Made by a program: the position numbers and the translations under genes. A stretch of 64,000 nt of DNA from NCBI GenBank assembly GCA_964596525.1, contig CAZQUL010000001.1, positions 460,830 to 524,829 on the forward strand, read 5' to 3'. Positions 40,406 through 50,514 of the stretch are shown here, piece after piece; the first letter of the stretch is position 1, and each line of letters begins with the position of its first letter. This stretch comes from an uncultured Gammaproteobacteria bacterium (GTDB lineage Bacteria; Patescibacteriota; Patescibacteriia; Magasanikbacterales; GWA2-37-8). The notes under the pieces are model-generated. The model was not told the origin of the DNA. It did not search any database and was given only the letters and a program-made list of their open reading frames with translations.

Positions 40406-41023
40406 ATGCATATCCAGTGGCTAGGCCAGACGTGCCTCAAACTCCAGACTAAAAATATCGATGAAGATATCGTTACCGTTGTCGATGCGTATCGCCCCAA
40501 AACCGGGGATTTTCCGCGCAACATGACGGTGCAGCTTGCGCTGTTTTCGCGCGGTTCCGAAGGTGCTCTCAGTTCGCTCGGCGAACCCTTTGTCATTGAT
40601 ACCCTCGGTGAATTCGATTGCCGCGGCGTGATGGTCTCTACCTACGGCGCCTCTGATGGAACAGTTCTCTTTAAAATCATGTCCGAAGGCATTGCCGTGC
40701 TGCACGCCGGAGCACTCTCTGTTAAACCCGACGATGCACTCGTCGAAGCACTCGGCAAAGTGGATGTTCTCGTCGTGCCGGTCGGTGGCGGAAAACGGGC
40801 GCTGTCGCCGCAAGATGCCGCCGATTTTATCACTGCCGTTGAACCGCGGATCGTTATTCCCGTTGGTTTTGCTTCTGACACCGACCCGGATGCCGGAGCG
40901 CTCGAAGTATTCCTTAAAACGAGCGGTCTTAAAGCCGACAGCGCCGAAAAGAAAATTATCCTCAAGGCTAAAGACTTGCCGCAAGAAGAAACGCGTCTCA
41001 TGGTCTTGGAAAAAACCGTCTAA
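40406..41023 (+). CDS. MBL-fold (Lactamase_B_3-like) protein, metal ligands apparently degenerate
   Basis: MHIQWLGQTC start, DVLVVPVGG, EPRIVIP; no HxHxDH motif. Confidence 0.75.
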   Translation: MHIQWLGQTCLKLQTKNIDEDIVTVVDAYRPKTGDFPRNMTVQLALFSRGSEGALSSLGEPFVIDTLGEFDCRGVMVSTYGASDGTVLFKIMSEGIAVLHAGALSVKPDDALVEALGKVDVLVVPVGGGKRALSPQDAADFITAVEPRIVIPVGFASDTDPDAGALEVFLKTSGLKADSAEKKIILKAKDLPQEETRLMVLEKTV

Positions 41024-41063
41024 GACTCTTCTCTGAGCGTTTATTCTGGAATGCGCCGTACTT

Positions 41064-41663
41064 TTGTCTCTTTCTCCCATGTCTCGCGCTGCCAAAAAAA
41101 AGCCGTCTCTTAAGCAGGGTGCTGCCATGCCTTCTTTGATGTTTAACGGATTTATCCCGCGTGAAACCGACACGACTTCGGATGCACACCATAAAAACAG
41201 GGTGCGCGGAGAGGAGTCTTCATCCGAGATGCATCACTCTTCGACTCCGCACCAGCTTTTACCCACCAACAATCCGCCGCCGGCGCGCGGTGCGCGGGGT
41301 GTGCTCTATGCGGCAGTGGCAGTGGTTATGGTGGTTATTATCGGTATTTGGGCGTACGCTTTTCCGGCGCATATTTCGCTTCGGGGCTGGCGCAGCACTT
41401 CGGAGGTGCAACTGTTTTCTACAGCCAAAAACCAGTGGCAAAACGCCTTTGCACCTACGGCGAGCGATACTACAGCTACCAAAGAACGACTGGCCAACAA
41501 TCTCGAAGAAGCGCTTACTATCATGAATAACCAGGGCCTTATCCCGTCTACTACGCCCACTGCTACGCCTACGTCCTCGCCTTCGTTTGCTACCGCCTCA
41601 AGCACAACATCGACCGCGCCTGTCACCTCACCCCCGAATTCCTCCACATCTTCGGTCCGTTAA
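41064..41663 (+). CDS. hypothetical membrane protein
   Basis: One TM and a Ser/Thr-rich tail; start uncertain. Confidence 0.55.
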   Translation: MSLSPMSRAAKKKPSLKQGAAMPSLMFNGFIPRETDTTSDAHHKNRVRGEESSSEMHHSSTPHQLLPTNNPPPARGARGVLYAAVAVVMVVIIGIWAYAFPAHISLRGWRSTSEVQLFSTAKNQWQNAFAPTASDTTATKERLANNLEEALTIMNNQGLIPSTTPTATPTSSPSFATASSTTSTAPVTSPPNSSTSSVR

Positions 41664-41703
41664 CAGTTTTTCGTAATTTACCCCGTTTTTTACGTACCTT
41701 ACT

Positions 41704-42936
41704 ATGCCTCACGAACGTCACCTTGGTTTTAACGATCTCGGTCTGTCGCCTAAGCTGGTGGAAGTTGTCACCAAGGTTGGCTACACGGTTCCGACTCCTA
41801 TTCAAGAGCGGGCTATTCCGCTTGTCGCCGAACATCAGGATGTGGTGGGTATTGCCCAAACCGGTACCGGCAAAACCCTCGCTTTCGGGCTCCCCATGCT
41901 CCAGAATATTTCGCGCCGCCAGGGGCAAGGACTCGTTCTGGTGCCCACGCGCGAACTCGCATTGCAGGTCCACGAAACGCTCCATAAGATCGGAACGTTT
42001 TTCGGTTTGCGTACCGCGGTTCTCATCGGCGGTGCAGGATTTACGCCCCAAGTTCAGTCACTCCGCAAGAAACCGCATATCATCGTTGCGACGCCTGGTC
42101 GCCTTAACGACCATGTGGAGCGCAAAACCGTTACCTTCGAGCAGATCCGCGTCGTCGTGCTCGACGAAGCTGATCGTATGCTCGATATCGGGTTTGCACC
42201 GCAGATCAAACGCATCTTGAATCTCTTACCCAAAGACCGCCAGACGCTCCTGTTTTCGGCTACGATGCCGCAAGAAATCGCAGAGCTCGCGGCTACGTAC
42301 CTCAAGCATCCATTGCGGGTTGAGGTAGCACCGGCCGGCACCGCGTCCGAAAAAGTAGAGCAGACCACATACCTCGTACCCAAAACCGCCAAAGCCGCGC
42401 TCCTCGAATCCATTCTCACTGACCAAGTCGGCTCGGTCCTCGTATTCACGCGTACCAAATTCGGCGCCAAAAAATTGACTGCCCAACTTATCCGCAAAGG
42501 TTTTACGGCTGCCGAAATCCATTCCAATCGTTCGCTTGGCCAGCGCCGCCGTGCTCTTGATGGATTCAAAAGCGGGGAATACCGCGTGCTCGTCGCTACC
42601 GACATCGCGGCGCGCGGCATTGACGTGAAAGGTATTGCGCTCGTCGTTAACTACGATTTACCCGACAACCCCGAAGATTACGTACACCGTATCGGCCGCA
42701 CCGGACGCGCCGGCCATCATGGCCACGCTATCACCTTTGTTGGTGAAGATGAACGAAGCGACTTAAAAGCCATTGAACGCCTCATCAAAAAACAATTGCC
42801 GCAGCTGCCGCTTCCGCCGCATGTGAGCGTTCCGAAAGCGGAGAAATCTCTCGGTATTGCCGAGAGTCCTTTTCCAGACCGTTACCGAGGGGATCGTCGT
42901 TCGCGGCGCGGTGGGCCTGGGAGACGCCGAAGATAA
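41704..42936 (+). CDS. DEAD-box RNA helicase (RhlE-like)
   Basis: AQTGTGKT, PTRELA, DEAD, SAT, HRIGRTGR. Confidence 0.96.
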   Translation: MPHERHLGFNDLGLSPKLVEVVTKVGYTVPTPIQERAIPLVAEHQDVVGIAQTGTGKTLAFGLPMLQNISRRQGQGLVLVPTRELALQVHETLHKIGTFFGLRTAVLIGGAGFTPQVQSLRKKPHIIVATPGRLNDHVERKTVTFEQIRVVVLDEADRMLDIGFAPQIKRILNLLPKDRQTLLFSATMPQEIAELAATYLKHPLRVEVAPAGTASEKVEQTTYLVPKTAKAALLESILTDQVGSVLVFTRTKFGAKKLTAQLIRKGFTAAEIHSNRSLGQRRRALDGFKSGEYRVLVATDIAARGIDVKGIALVVNYDLPDNPEDYVHRIGRTGRAGHHGHAITFVGEDERSDLKAIERLIKKQLPQLPLPPHVSVPKAEKSLGIAESPFPDRYRGDRRSRRGGPGRRRR

Positions 42937-42990
42937 TTTTAAGGAAGAATCGCTCAAAAAGCGATTTTTTCTTTTCTGCGGGGTATCCTC

Positions 42991-43032
42991 TTGACCAAAC
43001 TTTATCCACATGGTACTTTGTGTGCAAAGGTA
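42991..43032 (+). promoter_or_regulatory. padR promoter with DnaA box in the spacer and a putative PadR operator
   Basis: TTGACC-17-TACTTT; TTATCCACA at 43002-43010; imperfect inverted repeat TACTTTG-N4-CAAAGGTA. Confidence 0.55.
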
Positions 43033-43054
43033 GCATTTATTTAATTATACCCGT

Positions 43055-43399
43055 ATGCAAAGCGCAGATTCGTTTAAAACATCGATGCGGCGGGGGCTTA
43101 TTGAGTACGCGGTGCTCCTCATTATCGCCCAGGGCAAAGTGTATGCCGGGGATATTCTGGAGCTCCTCAAGCGGGCCGATCTCATCGTCGTAGAGGGGAC
43201 GCTCTATCCGCTCCTCAATCGCCTCAAGACGCAGGAACTTCTTACCTACGCATGGGAAGAATCGCGCGAAGGCCCGCCGCGCAAGTACTACAGCCTCACC
43301 GACGAAGGCAAGCGTGCGCTCAAAGATTTTGACGGCACGTGGAATCATTTGGTCTCTTCATTCACCACTTTACGCAGTACCTATGAAAACAACCATTAA
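43055..43399 (+). CDS. PadR family transcriptional regulator
   Basis: EGTLYPLLNRL, GPPRKYYSLTDEG. Confidence 0.93.
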   Translation: MQSADSFKTSMRRGLIEYAVLLIIAQGKVYAGDILELLKRADLIVVEGTLYPLLNRLKTQELLTYAWEESREGPPRKYYSLTDEGKRALKDFDGTWNHLVSSFTTLRSTYENNH

Positions 43400-43991
43400 T
43401 GTAACGCTCGGCGGGCAGCTCTTCGTGCTCGAAGAGGATGCTTATCAAGCATTAAAAAATTACCTCGACGAGGTGGAGCGCATTGTAGCGACGTATCCGG
43501 AACGCGCAGACATCATGGCCGACATCGAAGCGCGCTTGGCCGAAGAGCTGAAGCGCTCTGTAAGTGGTGGCGTGGTAACGACCGGCGTTTTGAGCGGAAT
43601 GCTCACGCGGCTTGGCACGCCCGAGGAACTCCGTCGCGAGTTGGGCGGGGCGGAACGCGAAAACGTTGCTGCTTCTTCGTCAGCTGGTTCGAGTTCTCAT
43701 TCTGCCGCGCCGCGCAAGAGCCGCCGCTTGTACCGTGATCCGGATGATCAGATCGTATCGGGTGTATGCTCGGGTATCGCCGCCTACATCGGGGTTGATC
43801 CAACGTGGGTGCGCATCGGTTTCGCGGTCGGCACGCTCGCGTGGGGAGCCGGGGTCTTCGTCTACCTCCTCCTTCTCATTATCGTTCCGGAAGCGAAAAC
43901 GCCGGAGCAAAAAGCCGAGCTCCATGGCGAGCCGCTCCGTTTGGCAGATATTGTAACGAGCGTTCGCAACGCCTTTGAGAAGAAAAAATAA
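43383..43991 (+). CDS. PspC domain-containing protein
   Basis: Start refined to MKTTINV; RRLYRDPDDQIVSGVCSGIAAY PspC motif; overlaps the padR 3' end. Confidence 0.9.
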   Translation: MKTTINVTLGGQLFVLEEDAYQALKNYLDEVERIVATYPERADIMADIEARLAEELKRSVSGGVVTTGVLSGMLTRLGTPEELRRELGGAERENVAASSSAGSSSHSAAPRKSRRLYRDPDDQIVSGVCSGIAAYIGVDPTWVRIGFAVGTLAWGAGVFVYLLLLIIVPEAKTPEQKAELHGEPLRLADIVTSVRNAFEKKK

Positions 43992-44076
43992 CCTTCGATC
44001 GAACATCATAAAACCGCTCGGTGAAAGCCGGGCGGTTTGGCGTTACGGATATTCACCGTTTGTTGCGGTGCAGTGT

Positions 44077-44493
44077 TCATTCCCCAAAGAAAAAAGCACG
44101 TAATTTCTTGCGCTGCACCGCGCGCCAGGTAGTGAAGAACACCGGACGTTCAAACGGCGCGGCACGCTCGGCATCAATGCCCATTTTTTTAAACCACTCC
44201 TCGATCCGTTCGGGAGAAGAATGGGCGGGGTCGTATTCGACATTAATAATACCTTCGCTTGTTTCTGGTTCGTAATAGAGCCTGCACACGACAGGCGAGT
44301 GAGGGTTATAGGGAATATGCGCTCGGCCTGCAGCATATTTTTCTTCGAGGAAAAGAATATCGCCATGATACGTAGCCTCTAGTGCAGCGTCGAGCCAGCC
44401 CTTAAAAAAGAAACGGATTATTTTGTAGGGGAAGTCTTTGCCAATAACAAAAACGCCTTCTTTGTTTGCCCAGGAAAGATAGTTTTTGGACAT
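44077..44493 (-). CDS. hypothetical protein (paralog of 44498-44917)
   Basis: Shared RFxFKGW and GIxxERAxPF motifs. Confidence 0.7.
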   Translation of the reverse strand: MSKNYLSWANKEGVFVIGKDFPYKIIRFFFKGWLDAALEATYHGDILFLEEKYAAGRAHIPYNPHSPVVCRLYYEPETSEGIINVEYDPAHSSPERIEEWFKKMGIDAERAAPFERPVFFTTWRAVQRKKLRAFFFGE

Positions 44494-44497
44494 ATTT

Positions 44498-44917
44498 TCA
44501 ATTCCTCTCGAGATTCAGAAGCCATTTTTTAAATCTGCTCATGAGCGACTCTGGCTGCGAGATAAAAGGATCTGCTCGCTCAAGTTGTATGCCTAGTTCC
44601 ATGAAAAATTTCTCAGCTTTTTCGAGTTCTTCTCCTTGAGATGAAAGAATAAGCATTTCAAGGATATCTCCGGCCTGATCACCGCTAGTAAGGCCTGGAC
44701 TCTGTGGTTGCATGTAGATATTATCAAGTGTCCATGGTGGGGGAGGTGCACACCTCCCATGTTGATGTTCCTCGAACAAAAAACCGACGCTGTTATGAAA
44801 TTGTTCTTGGAGATGCCTATTTCTCCAACCTTTAAATACAAAACGATAGATACGGACTTCTTTTCGGGCACTCCCTAACGCTGTATAACGATTTCCCTTT
44901 TTTGAGATGAAGAGCAT
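44498..44917 (-). CDS. hypothetical protein (paralog of 44077-44493)
   Basis: Shared RFxFKGW and GIxxERAxPF motifs; AT-rich. Confidence 0.7.
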   Translation of the reverse strand: MLFISKKGNRYTALGSARKEVRIYRFVFKGWRNRHLQEQFHNSVGFLFEEHQHGRCAPPPPWTLDNIYMQPQSPGLTSGDQAGDILEMLILSSQGEELEKAEKFFMELGIQLERADPFISQPESLMSRFKKWLLNLERN

Positions 44918-45073
44918 AGCGAAGTACTTTTAGCACTACAATACATGGTTCCCAAAATCCCGAGTAGCTTTTACTGTGCATAAAAAACAACAACCGCCTG
45001 GTAAAAAAGCGGTTGGGAGCGGTGGCGGACTTCTTGCTCAGGTGTGGAAAGATTTGTTGCTCGCCGAGCATGC

Positions 45074-45484
45074 CTAGCCGAAGGCTCTCACGCGGCAGTC
45101 GAGTCCGTACGCCGCAATGGCATTTTGGATGCCGGAAATCATTTCATCGCGATAGCGCACGGCGAGATTCTTCTTTTTGGAGGAAAAAACGTGCACTTTA
45201 CAGGTAGGTACGACTCCCTTTTTTAACCAGAGAAGAAGTACGAACGGCCGTTCGACGTGAGAGTTTGGCATGGCGACGACGCCGCAGAAGCCGGTTTCAT
45301 AGAGCGTCTCGGCGCTTACCGTATCGCTGTCCCAGGAAGAGTGGGGCAGGATCTTTTCGCGCACTGCACTCACGGCTTCGATGATGACCTTAGCCGTGGA
45401 TAGCATACGGGCCCGCTCAACGCTCTTCGCGCTCTGTTCGGGGCTGGAAAGGCCTAAAAGATAGCGCATTATTCTACAGAACAT
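45074..45484 (-). CDS. hypothetical protein
   Basis: SD AAGGAGG; promoter-like TTGACA upstream. Confidence 0.65.
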   Translation of the reverse strand: MFCRIMRYLLGLSSPEQSAKSVERARMLSTAKVIIEAVSAVREKILPHSSWDSDTVSAETLYETGFCGVVAMPNSHVERPFVLLLWLKKGVVPTCKVHVFSSKKKNLAVRYRDEMISGIQNAIAAYGLDCRVRAFG

Positions 45485-45622
45485 CGGGTCCTCCTTTAGT
45501 CTAAGTATGGCATACCTTACTGCTTGACGCCGCTGTTGTCAACCACTGAAGCTTCGGCTATACTAACCTCACTTTCGCATAAAAGCTGACCTCAGCCAGC
45601 TGATTCTGAAACGTATTTCTTT

Positions 45623-48088
45623 ATGTCCGAACAACCTAAACTTTTTCCGCAGAAAATCGGCACCATCACGCCGACCCCGCTCGTTGATGAAATGAAGCAG
45701 GCGTACCTCGAGTACGCTATGAGCGTCATCGTCGCGCGTGCTCTCCCCGATGTGCGTGACGGCCTTAAGCCCGTACACCGCCGTATCCTCTATGCCATGT
45801 GGACCATGGGCCTTCGTCATGGCGCCAAATTCCGCAAATCCGCCCACGTGGTGGGTGAAGTGATGGCCAAGTACCACCCGCACGGCGACAGCGCCATTTA
45901 CGACTCGCTTGTCCGTATGGCGCAGGATTTTTCCATGCTCCATACGCTCGTCAAAGGCCAAGGTAACTTTGGTTCCATGGACGGTGACAGCGCCGCTGCC
46001 TATCGCTATACCGAAGCCAAGCTCGAAGCGATCGCCGAGGAACTTCTCTATGATATTGAAAAAGAAACCGTTCCGTTTGTCGCCAACTATGACGGTTCGC
46101 ACTCCGAGCCGAACGTGCTTCCGACCAAAGTACCGAACCTTCTTTTAAACGGCACGATGGGTATCGCGGTCGGTATGGCGACGAGCATTCCGCCGCACAA
46201 TTTAGGCGAGCTCTGCGAAGCTGTTACCACCCTTATCGAAAAACCGGAGACGACCATCGAAGAAATTGCCGACATCGTTAAAGGTCCGGATTTTCCGACT
46301 GGCGCCATCGTGTACGGCAAGAAAGACATCTTGAACGCGTACGCGACGGGCCGTGGCGGCGTTGTTATTCGCGCCAAAGCCGACATTAAAGAAACCAAGT
46401 CCGGCATGTTCCAGATCATCGTCTCCGAAGTGCCCTACCAAGTGAACAAAGCGACCCTCATCGAGAAAATTGCCGAGCTCGTGCAGGAGAAAAAACTCGA
46501 AGGCATCAAAGACCTGCGCGATGAGTCGAATAAAGATGGTGTTCGCGTGGTGGTTGAGCTTAAAAAAGACGCGTATCCCAAAAAAGTCCTTAACCAGCTC
46601 TATAATCTTACCGAACTCCAAACCACGTTTCATTACAACATGCTCGCGTTGGTGGATGGCATCCAACCACGCGTGTTGAACATCAAGACGATCCTTGAAG
46701 AATTTATCAAGCACCGCCAGGTAGTGATCCGCAAGCGCACCGAATACGATTTGGCCAAAACCAAAGACCGCGCTCACATTCTCGAAGGTCTCAAGATGGC
46801 GCTCGACCAAATCGACGCGGTTATCAAAACCATCCGCGCCGCGGCCGACAAAGACGTGGCCAAAGCAGATCTTATCAAGAAATTCGGCTTCTCCGACCGT
46901 CAGGCCACAGCCATTCTTGAAATGCGCTTGCAGCAGCTTGCCAACTTGGAGCGCAAGAAAATCGAAGATGAACTCAAAGAAAAACAGGCGCTCATCAAGG
47001 AACTCGAATCTATCCTCGCCTCCGAGAAGAAAATCCTCGGCATCATCAAGCAGGAAACCAGCGATATTAAAACGCAGTTCGGCATGGAGCGTCGCACGCA
47101 GATCGTTTCGCACGGCGTGAAGGAATTCACGGTCGAAGACCTCATCCCCAACGAACCTACCATCATCATCACGACGACCGACGGCTACATCAAACGCGTA
47201 CCGCCGGACACGTTCCGCCAGCAGTCGCGCGGCGGCAAAGGCGTCATTGGTGTCACTACCAAAGAAGAAGAATCAGTGGAGCGCCTCCTTACCACCAATA
47301 CGCACGACAATCTGCTTTTCTTCACCAACCGCGGCCGCGTGTTCCAGCTTCCGGCCTATGAAATTCCGCAGGGTAGCCGCACGGCCAAAGGCCAGGCGCT
47401 CGTGAACTTCTTGCAGCTCGCGCCCAACGAAAAAATTTCCACCATCCTCGCGATGAGCGACATAACCAATTTCAAGTACTTGGTTATGGCCACGCGCAAA
47501 GGCCTTATCAAAAAGACGCCGCTCGAGGATTTCGAGAACGTCCGTCGCAGCGGCATCATCGCCCTCAAACTCAAGCCTGAAGACGGTATGGAGTGGGTGT
47601 GCCCATCGACCGGCAAAGACAATGTGATGATCGCCACCAAAGAAGGCCAAGCTATCCGCTTCGAAGAAGACGATGTGCGTGCCATGGGGCGCGCGGCCGC
47701 CGGCGTGCACGGCATCCGCCTGCACGACAACGACGAAGTGATCGGTATGGACGTGGTTGATCCCAAGAATAAAGCCGTGCAGTTCCTCACCATCGGCGAG
47801 AACGGCCTCGGCAAACTTACCACCATCGACAGCTACAAAGTGCAGGGTCGCGGCGGCAGCGGCATTAAGACCGCCAAAGTCACCGAGAAAACCGGTTTCG
47901 TCATTCATGCCCAGGCGGTAGATACGACGAAAGCGAAAGAGCAGGACATCATCCTCATCTCCGCCAACGGCCAGACTATCCGCGTGCCCTTTAGCTCCAT
48001 TCCTTCGAGCGGTCGCGATACGCAGGGGGTTCGTCTCATGCGCTTCAAAGACGGGGAAGACAAAGTGGTAAGCGTGACGCTCATATAA
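45623..48088 (+). CDS. gyrA: DNA gyrase subunit A
   Basis: RDGLKPVHRR, YHPHGD, AAAYRYTE catalytic Tyr, GyrA-box QSRGGKG, C-terminal pinwheel repeats. Confidence 0.98.
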   Translation: MSEQPKLFPQKIGTITPTPLVDEMKQAYLEYAMSVIVARALPDVRDGLKPVHRRILYAMWTMGLRHGAKFRKSAHVVGEVMAKYHPHGDSAIYDSLVRMAQDFSMLHTLVKGQGNFGSMDGDSAAAYRYTEAKLEAIAEELLYDIEKETVPFVANYDGSHSEPNVLPTKVPNLLLNGTMGIAVGMATSIPPHNLGELCEAVTTLIEKPETTIEEIADIVKGPDFPTGAIVYGKKDILNAYATGRGGVVIRAKADIKETKSGMFQIIVSEVPYQVNKATLIEKIAELVQEKKLEGIKDLRDESNKDGVRVVVELKKDAYPKKVLNQLYNLTELQTTFHYNMLALVDGIQPRVLNIKTILEEFIKHRQVVIRKRTEYDLAKTKDRAHILEGLKMALDQIDAVIKTIRAAADKDVAKADLIKKFGFSDRQATAILEMRLQQLANLERKKIEDELKEKQALIKELESILASEKKILGIIKQETSDIKTQFGMERRTQIVSHGVKEFTVEDLIPNEPTIIITTTDGYIKRVPPDTFRQQSRGGKGVIGVTTKEEESVERLLTTNTHDNLLFFTNRGRVFQLPAYEIPQGSRTAKGQALVNFLQLAPNEKISTILAMSDITNFKYLVMATRKGLIKKTPLEDFENVRRSGIIALKLKPEDGMEWVCPSTGKDNVMIATKEGQAIRFEEDDVRAMGRAAAGVHGIRLHDNDEVIGMDVVDPKNKAVQFLTIGENGLGKLTTIDSYKVQGRGGSGIKTAKVTEKTGFVIHAQAVDTTKAKEQDIILISANGQTIRVPFSSIPSSGRDTQGVRLMRFKDGEDKVVSVTLI

Positions 48089-48095
48089 AACAAAA

Positions 48096-48130
48096 CAAAA
48101 AACTACCGGTACTTAGTCGGTAGTTTTTTG
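48096..48130. terminator. bidirectional terminator
   Basis: CAAAAAACTACCGG..TCGGTAGTTTTTTG. Confidence 0.8.
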
Positions 48131-48131
48131 T

Positions 48132-48371
48132 TTAGGAAGATCCTTTTTCTCGATGCGGGCACCCGGGCCAGCAACATGGCCGGCGCATGCCGCCGCCGAG
48201 TTTCGAGAGCGCTTTCTCAATGCGGATTGCGCGCGTCTCGACTTTTTTGCCCGACGTTACCCAGCAAATCCACTCGTTTTTGGCGAGCGGCGTAATGTCT
48301 TCCCACACGGCGTGCGCCTGGGGGTTAGATGCGAGGGCTTTTTTAAAATCTGCCGGGAGGCTGTGGGCCAT
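48132..48371 (-). CDS. YdeI/OmpD-associated family protein
   Basis: LPADFKKAL...WEDITPLAKNEWICWVTSGKK.ETR..RI...RRPCCWPGC; start refined downstream of the tRNA. Confidence 0.85.
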   Translation of the reverse strand: MAHSLPADFKKALASNPQAHAVWEDITPLAKNEWICWVTSGKKVETRAIRIEKALSKLGGGMRRPCCWPGCPHREKGSS

Positions 48372-48392
48372 ATGTTTCCGACATAAATAACG

Positions 48393-48467
48393 TGGTGCTC
48401 TCGAAAGGAATCGAACCTTTATTTTCGGCTTCGGAGGCCAATGTCCTATCCGTTGAACGACGAGAGC
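48393..48467 (-). tRNA. tRNA-Arg(CCG)
   Basis: Cloverleaf GCTCTCG...CT-CCG-AA...GGTTCGATTCC...CGAGAGC-ACCA. Confidence 0.95.
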
Positions 48468-48559
48468 GAATCTATCTCGCTCACTGTAGCGTAAATGGTT
48501 GGGTTTGGCAATGAATGATAAACGACCCGTGGGGGCGGGTCGCGAAAGAGTGGGTCGGA

Positions 48560-49177
48560 TTATGTGGACGGCGGCGGAAGCTCGATAAGCACGCAGGAGA
48601 GCTCTCCACCGAGGAGGCGCAGCCGGAGCCGTTCGGCCACCGGGCGCAGTGCCGGAAAAAAGTAGAGTTTGCGCGGCGCACAGGAAGTGCGCAGTATTTC
48701 CACCATCTCCATTTCGATCGGGAGTGCCTGGTCGTACTCCGCGGGCGGGGGATCTCCGGTCCATGGATAGCAGAGGTGGATGCGGTTCGTTTCCGTTAGA
48801 AATCCTTCCAGGTGGTGCGGGATGCTGCGCCATCTCCGGTACGTTGCGCGGTCGATGAGGAGCGTTCCGTCACGGCTGACATCGAGCGCGTACTGGCCCT
48901 CGCGGAATATAACGGCCTCGTGGCGTTTTCTTTGTTCGTTTTCGATGGCGCGTATTGCATTCCCAACCACCAGCCCAATGGGCATAAACCCCAAGCAGCA
49001 GAAAAAGTTGCCGAGCCCAAGGAGCGTAAACACGAAGACTACGACCAGCGCCCACCCGAAGCCGCCCATGATAACGAGCGCTAAGAGCCCGATTTCTGAT
49101 ACCTGCGAGAACGGCTTCTTGATGTGTGCAAGCTGCCCGGCATTCTCTGAACCTTGATACTTTACCAGAGCACTCAT
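48560..49177 (-). CDS. 2-TM hypothetical protein, paralog family member A
   Basis: SD GGAGG; PRKLYFFPALRPVAERL motif. Confidence 0.75.
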   Translation of the reverse strand: MSALVKYQGSENAGQLAHIKKPFSQVSEIGLLALVIMGGFGWALVVVFVFTLLGLGNFFCCLGFMPIGLVVGNAIRAIENEQRKRHEAVIFREGQYALDVSRDGTLLIDRATYRRWRSIPHHLEGFLTETNRIHLCYPWTGDPPPAEYDQALPIEMEMVEILRTSCAPRKLYFFPALRPVAERLRLRLLGGELSCVLIELPPPST

Positions 49178-49476
49178 CGTTGACTCCTCCGTGCCTGTTC
49201 GGCGGCTATACGGCTCGCTTGCTCGTTGCGGATTTTTTTCACCACGAACGGAATGCAGAATCCAGTGGCGAGAGCGATGGCGAGTCCCACTACCGGGTGC
49301 AATCCGATGAGACCACAGACGATGGCGGTTAGCACATCGCCCCAGAAGAGCGGTGTCACTATACCGAGAGCATACAAGACGCCGAGAGTCAGTTTCGAAA
49401 ACGGGGGAGGGGTGCGCGCGATATCTCGGGTAGCGTCGTGCGTCGTGGTTTGGACTAATGAATTGAAAGAACTCAT
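49174..49476 (-). CDS. small membrane hypothetical protein
   Basis: SD GGAGG; ATGA overlap with the downstream gene. Confidence 0.65.
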   Translation of the reverse strand: MSSFNSLVQTTTHDATRDIARTPPPFSKLTLGVLYALGIVTPLFWGDVLTAIVCGLIGLHPVVGLAIALATGFCIPFVVKKIRNEQASRIAAEQARRSQR

Positions 49477-49643
49477 TATCAGTTCCTCCGTGATCGTGTG
49501 GTGCAGTAATGGATCAACATACCACCTCGGTTCTGGCGCGTCAATTACTGCCGGTTGGGCGTGCGTGGCATAAGTAGGTTTCCAAAATTGAAACGACCTG
49601 CCAGGGCAGGTCGTAAGGGTGAGGAGAACTCGTCTGCAAACGG

Positions 49644-50267
49644 TCAGTCCTTGAGCTCTACGAAATCACACTGCTTCTCGCGGTTACCAAACTCACGCTG
49701 CAGGTCGTAGAGCTCGCGCTGTAACCGCTTGGCGACCGGGGCGAACTCGCTCTGGTAGAACAGCGTGCGCGGCGCGGGCATGTTGAGCAGGAGACGCCAT
49801 AGGTCTCCTTCCATGATCGAAGACCCGTCTGCAGCGCTGTGCCAGAACAGCACGATGTGGGGTTCGTCCGCAGAAGCGAGCTGCTTTTTGTGGAGCGCCC
49901 AGTCCCGAAACGTCTGGTGATCGACCAGGTAGAGCTTATGGGTGAAAGACGCCCGATGTTCTTGGTCAAGACCGTAGAGAACGCTTTGGCCTCGGTGGTA
50001 AGCATCGGCCATGAGCCGGTATAGGTGGTCTTTATAGGCGCGCCAGCACAGGTATATCCAGCAGATCGCCGAAATCGCCACGATGACGTACCCTGCCGTC
50101 TCGTTGGCGATGTAGATGTTGTTGAGGGCGAGGAGAATCTGTTGAGGAACGTAAATCAGGAGTAAGGTGCTGACGGTCCAGATTCCTACATCGAGCAACG
50201 TGCGCGGCGGGGGGGTGAGGCAAAGATCCATTGCCAGATCAGACGGGGTGGGATTCTTGGTTTTCAT
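49644..50267 (-). CDS. 2-TM hypothetical protein, paralog family member B
   Basis: GGAG SD; PRTLFYQSEFAPVAKRLQ motif. Confidence 0.75.
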   Translation of the reverse strand: MKTKNPTPSDLAMDLCLTPPPRTLLDVGIWTVSTLLLIYVPQQILLALNNIYIANETAGYVIVAISAICWIYLCWRAYKDHLYRLMADAYHRGQSVLYGLDQEHRASFTHKLYLVDHQTFRDWALHKKQLASADEPHIVLFWHSAADGSSIMEGDLWRLLLNMPAPRTLFYQSEFAPVAKRLQRELYDLQREFGNREKQCDFVELKD

Positions 50268-50514
50268 GCTTCTTCTCCGTTTCGAGTTGAGAATTACCCT
50301 TGTGCGGATGAGTTGTGGATTTACAGTATACGTTTGTTCTTATCAAAGAGCAATCGTGTTCCACCGTAAGTTGAGTTTCACGATAACAGAAAATGATATC
50401 ACTTTTCGTTCGTCAGGTCAATATCAGAGATTGATGTATTTTCCACGGTGTGTAGCTACAGTAATTGAAACGACCCGTGGTGCGGGTCGTGGGGATGGGG
50501 GCGTGGTGAGACGC

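Noticed and set aside
48372-48833. N-terminal extension of the 233-aa ORF
   Set aside because: It overlaps tRNA-Arg(CCG) and paralog A; the real gene starts at 48371.
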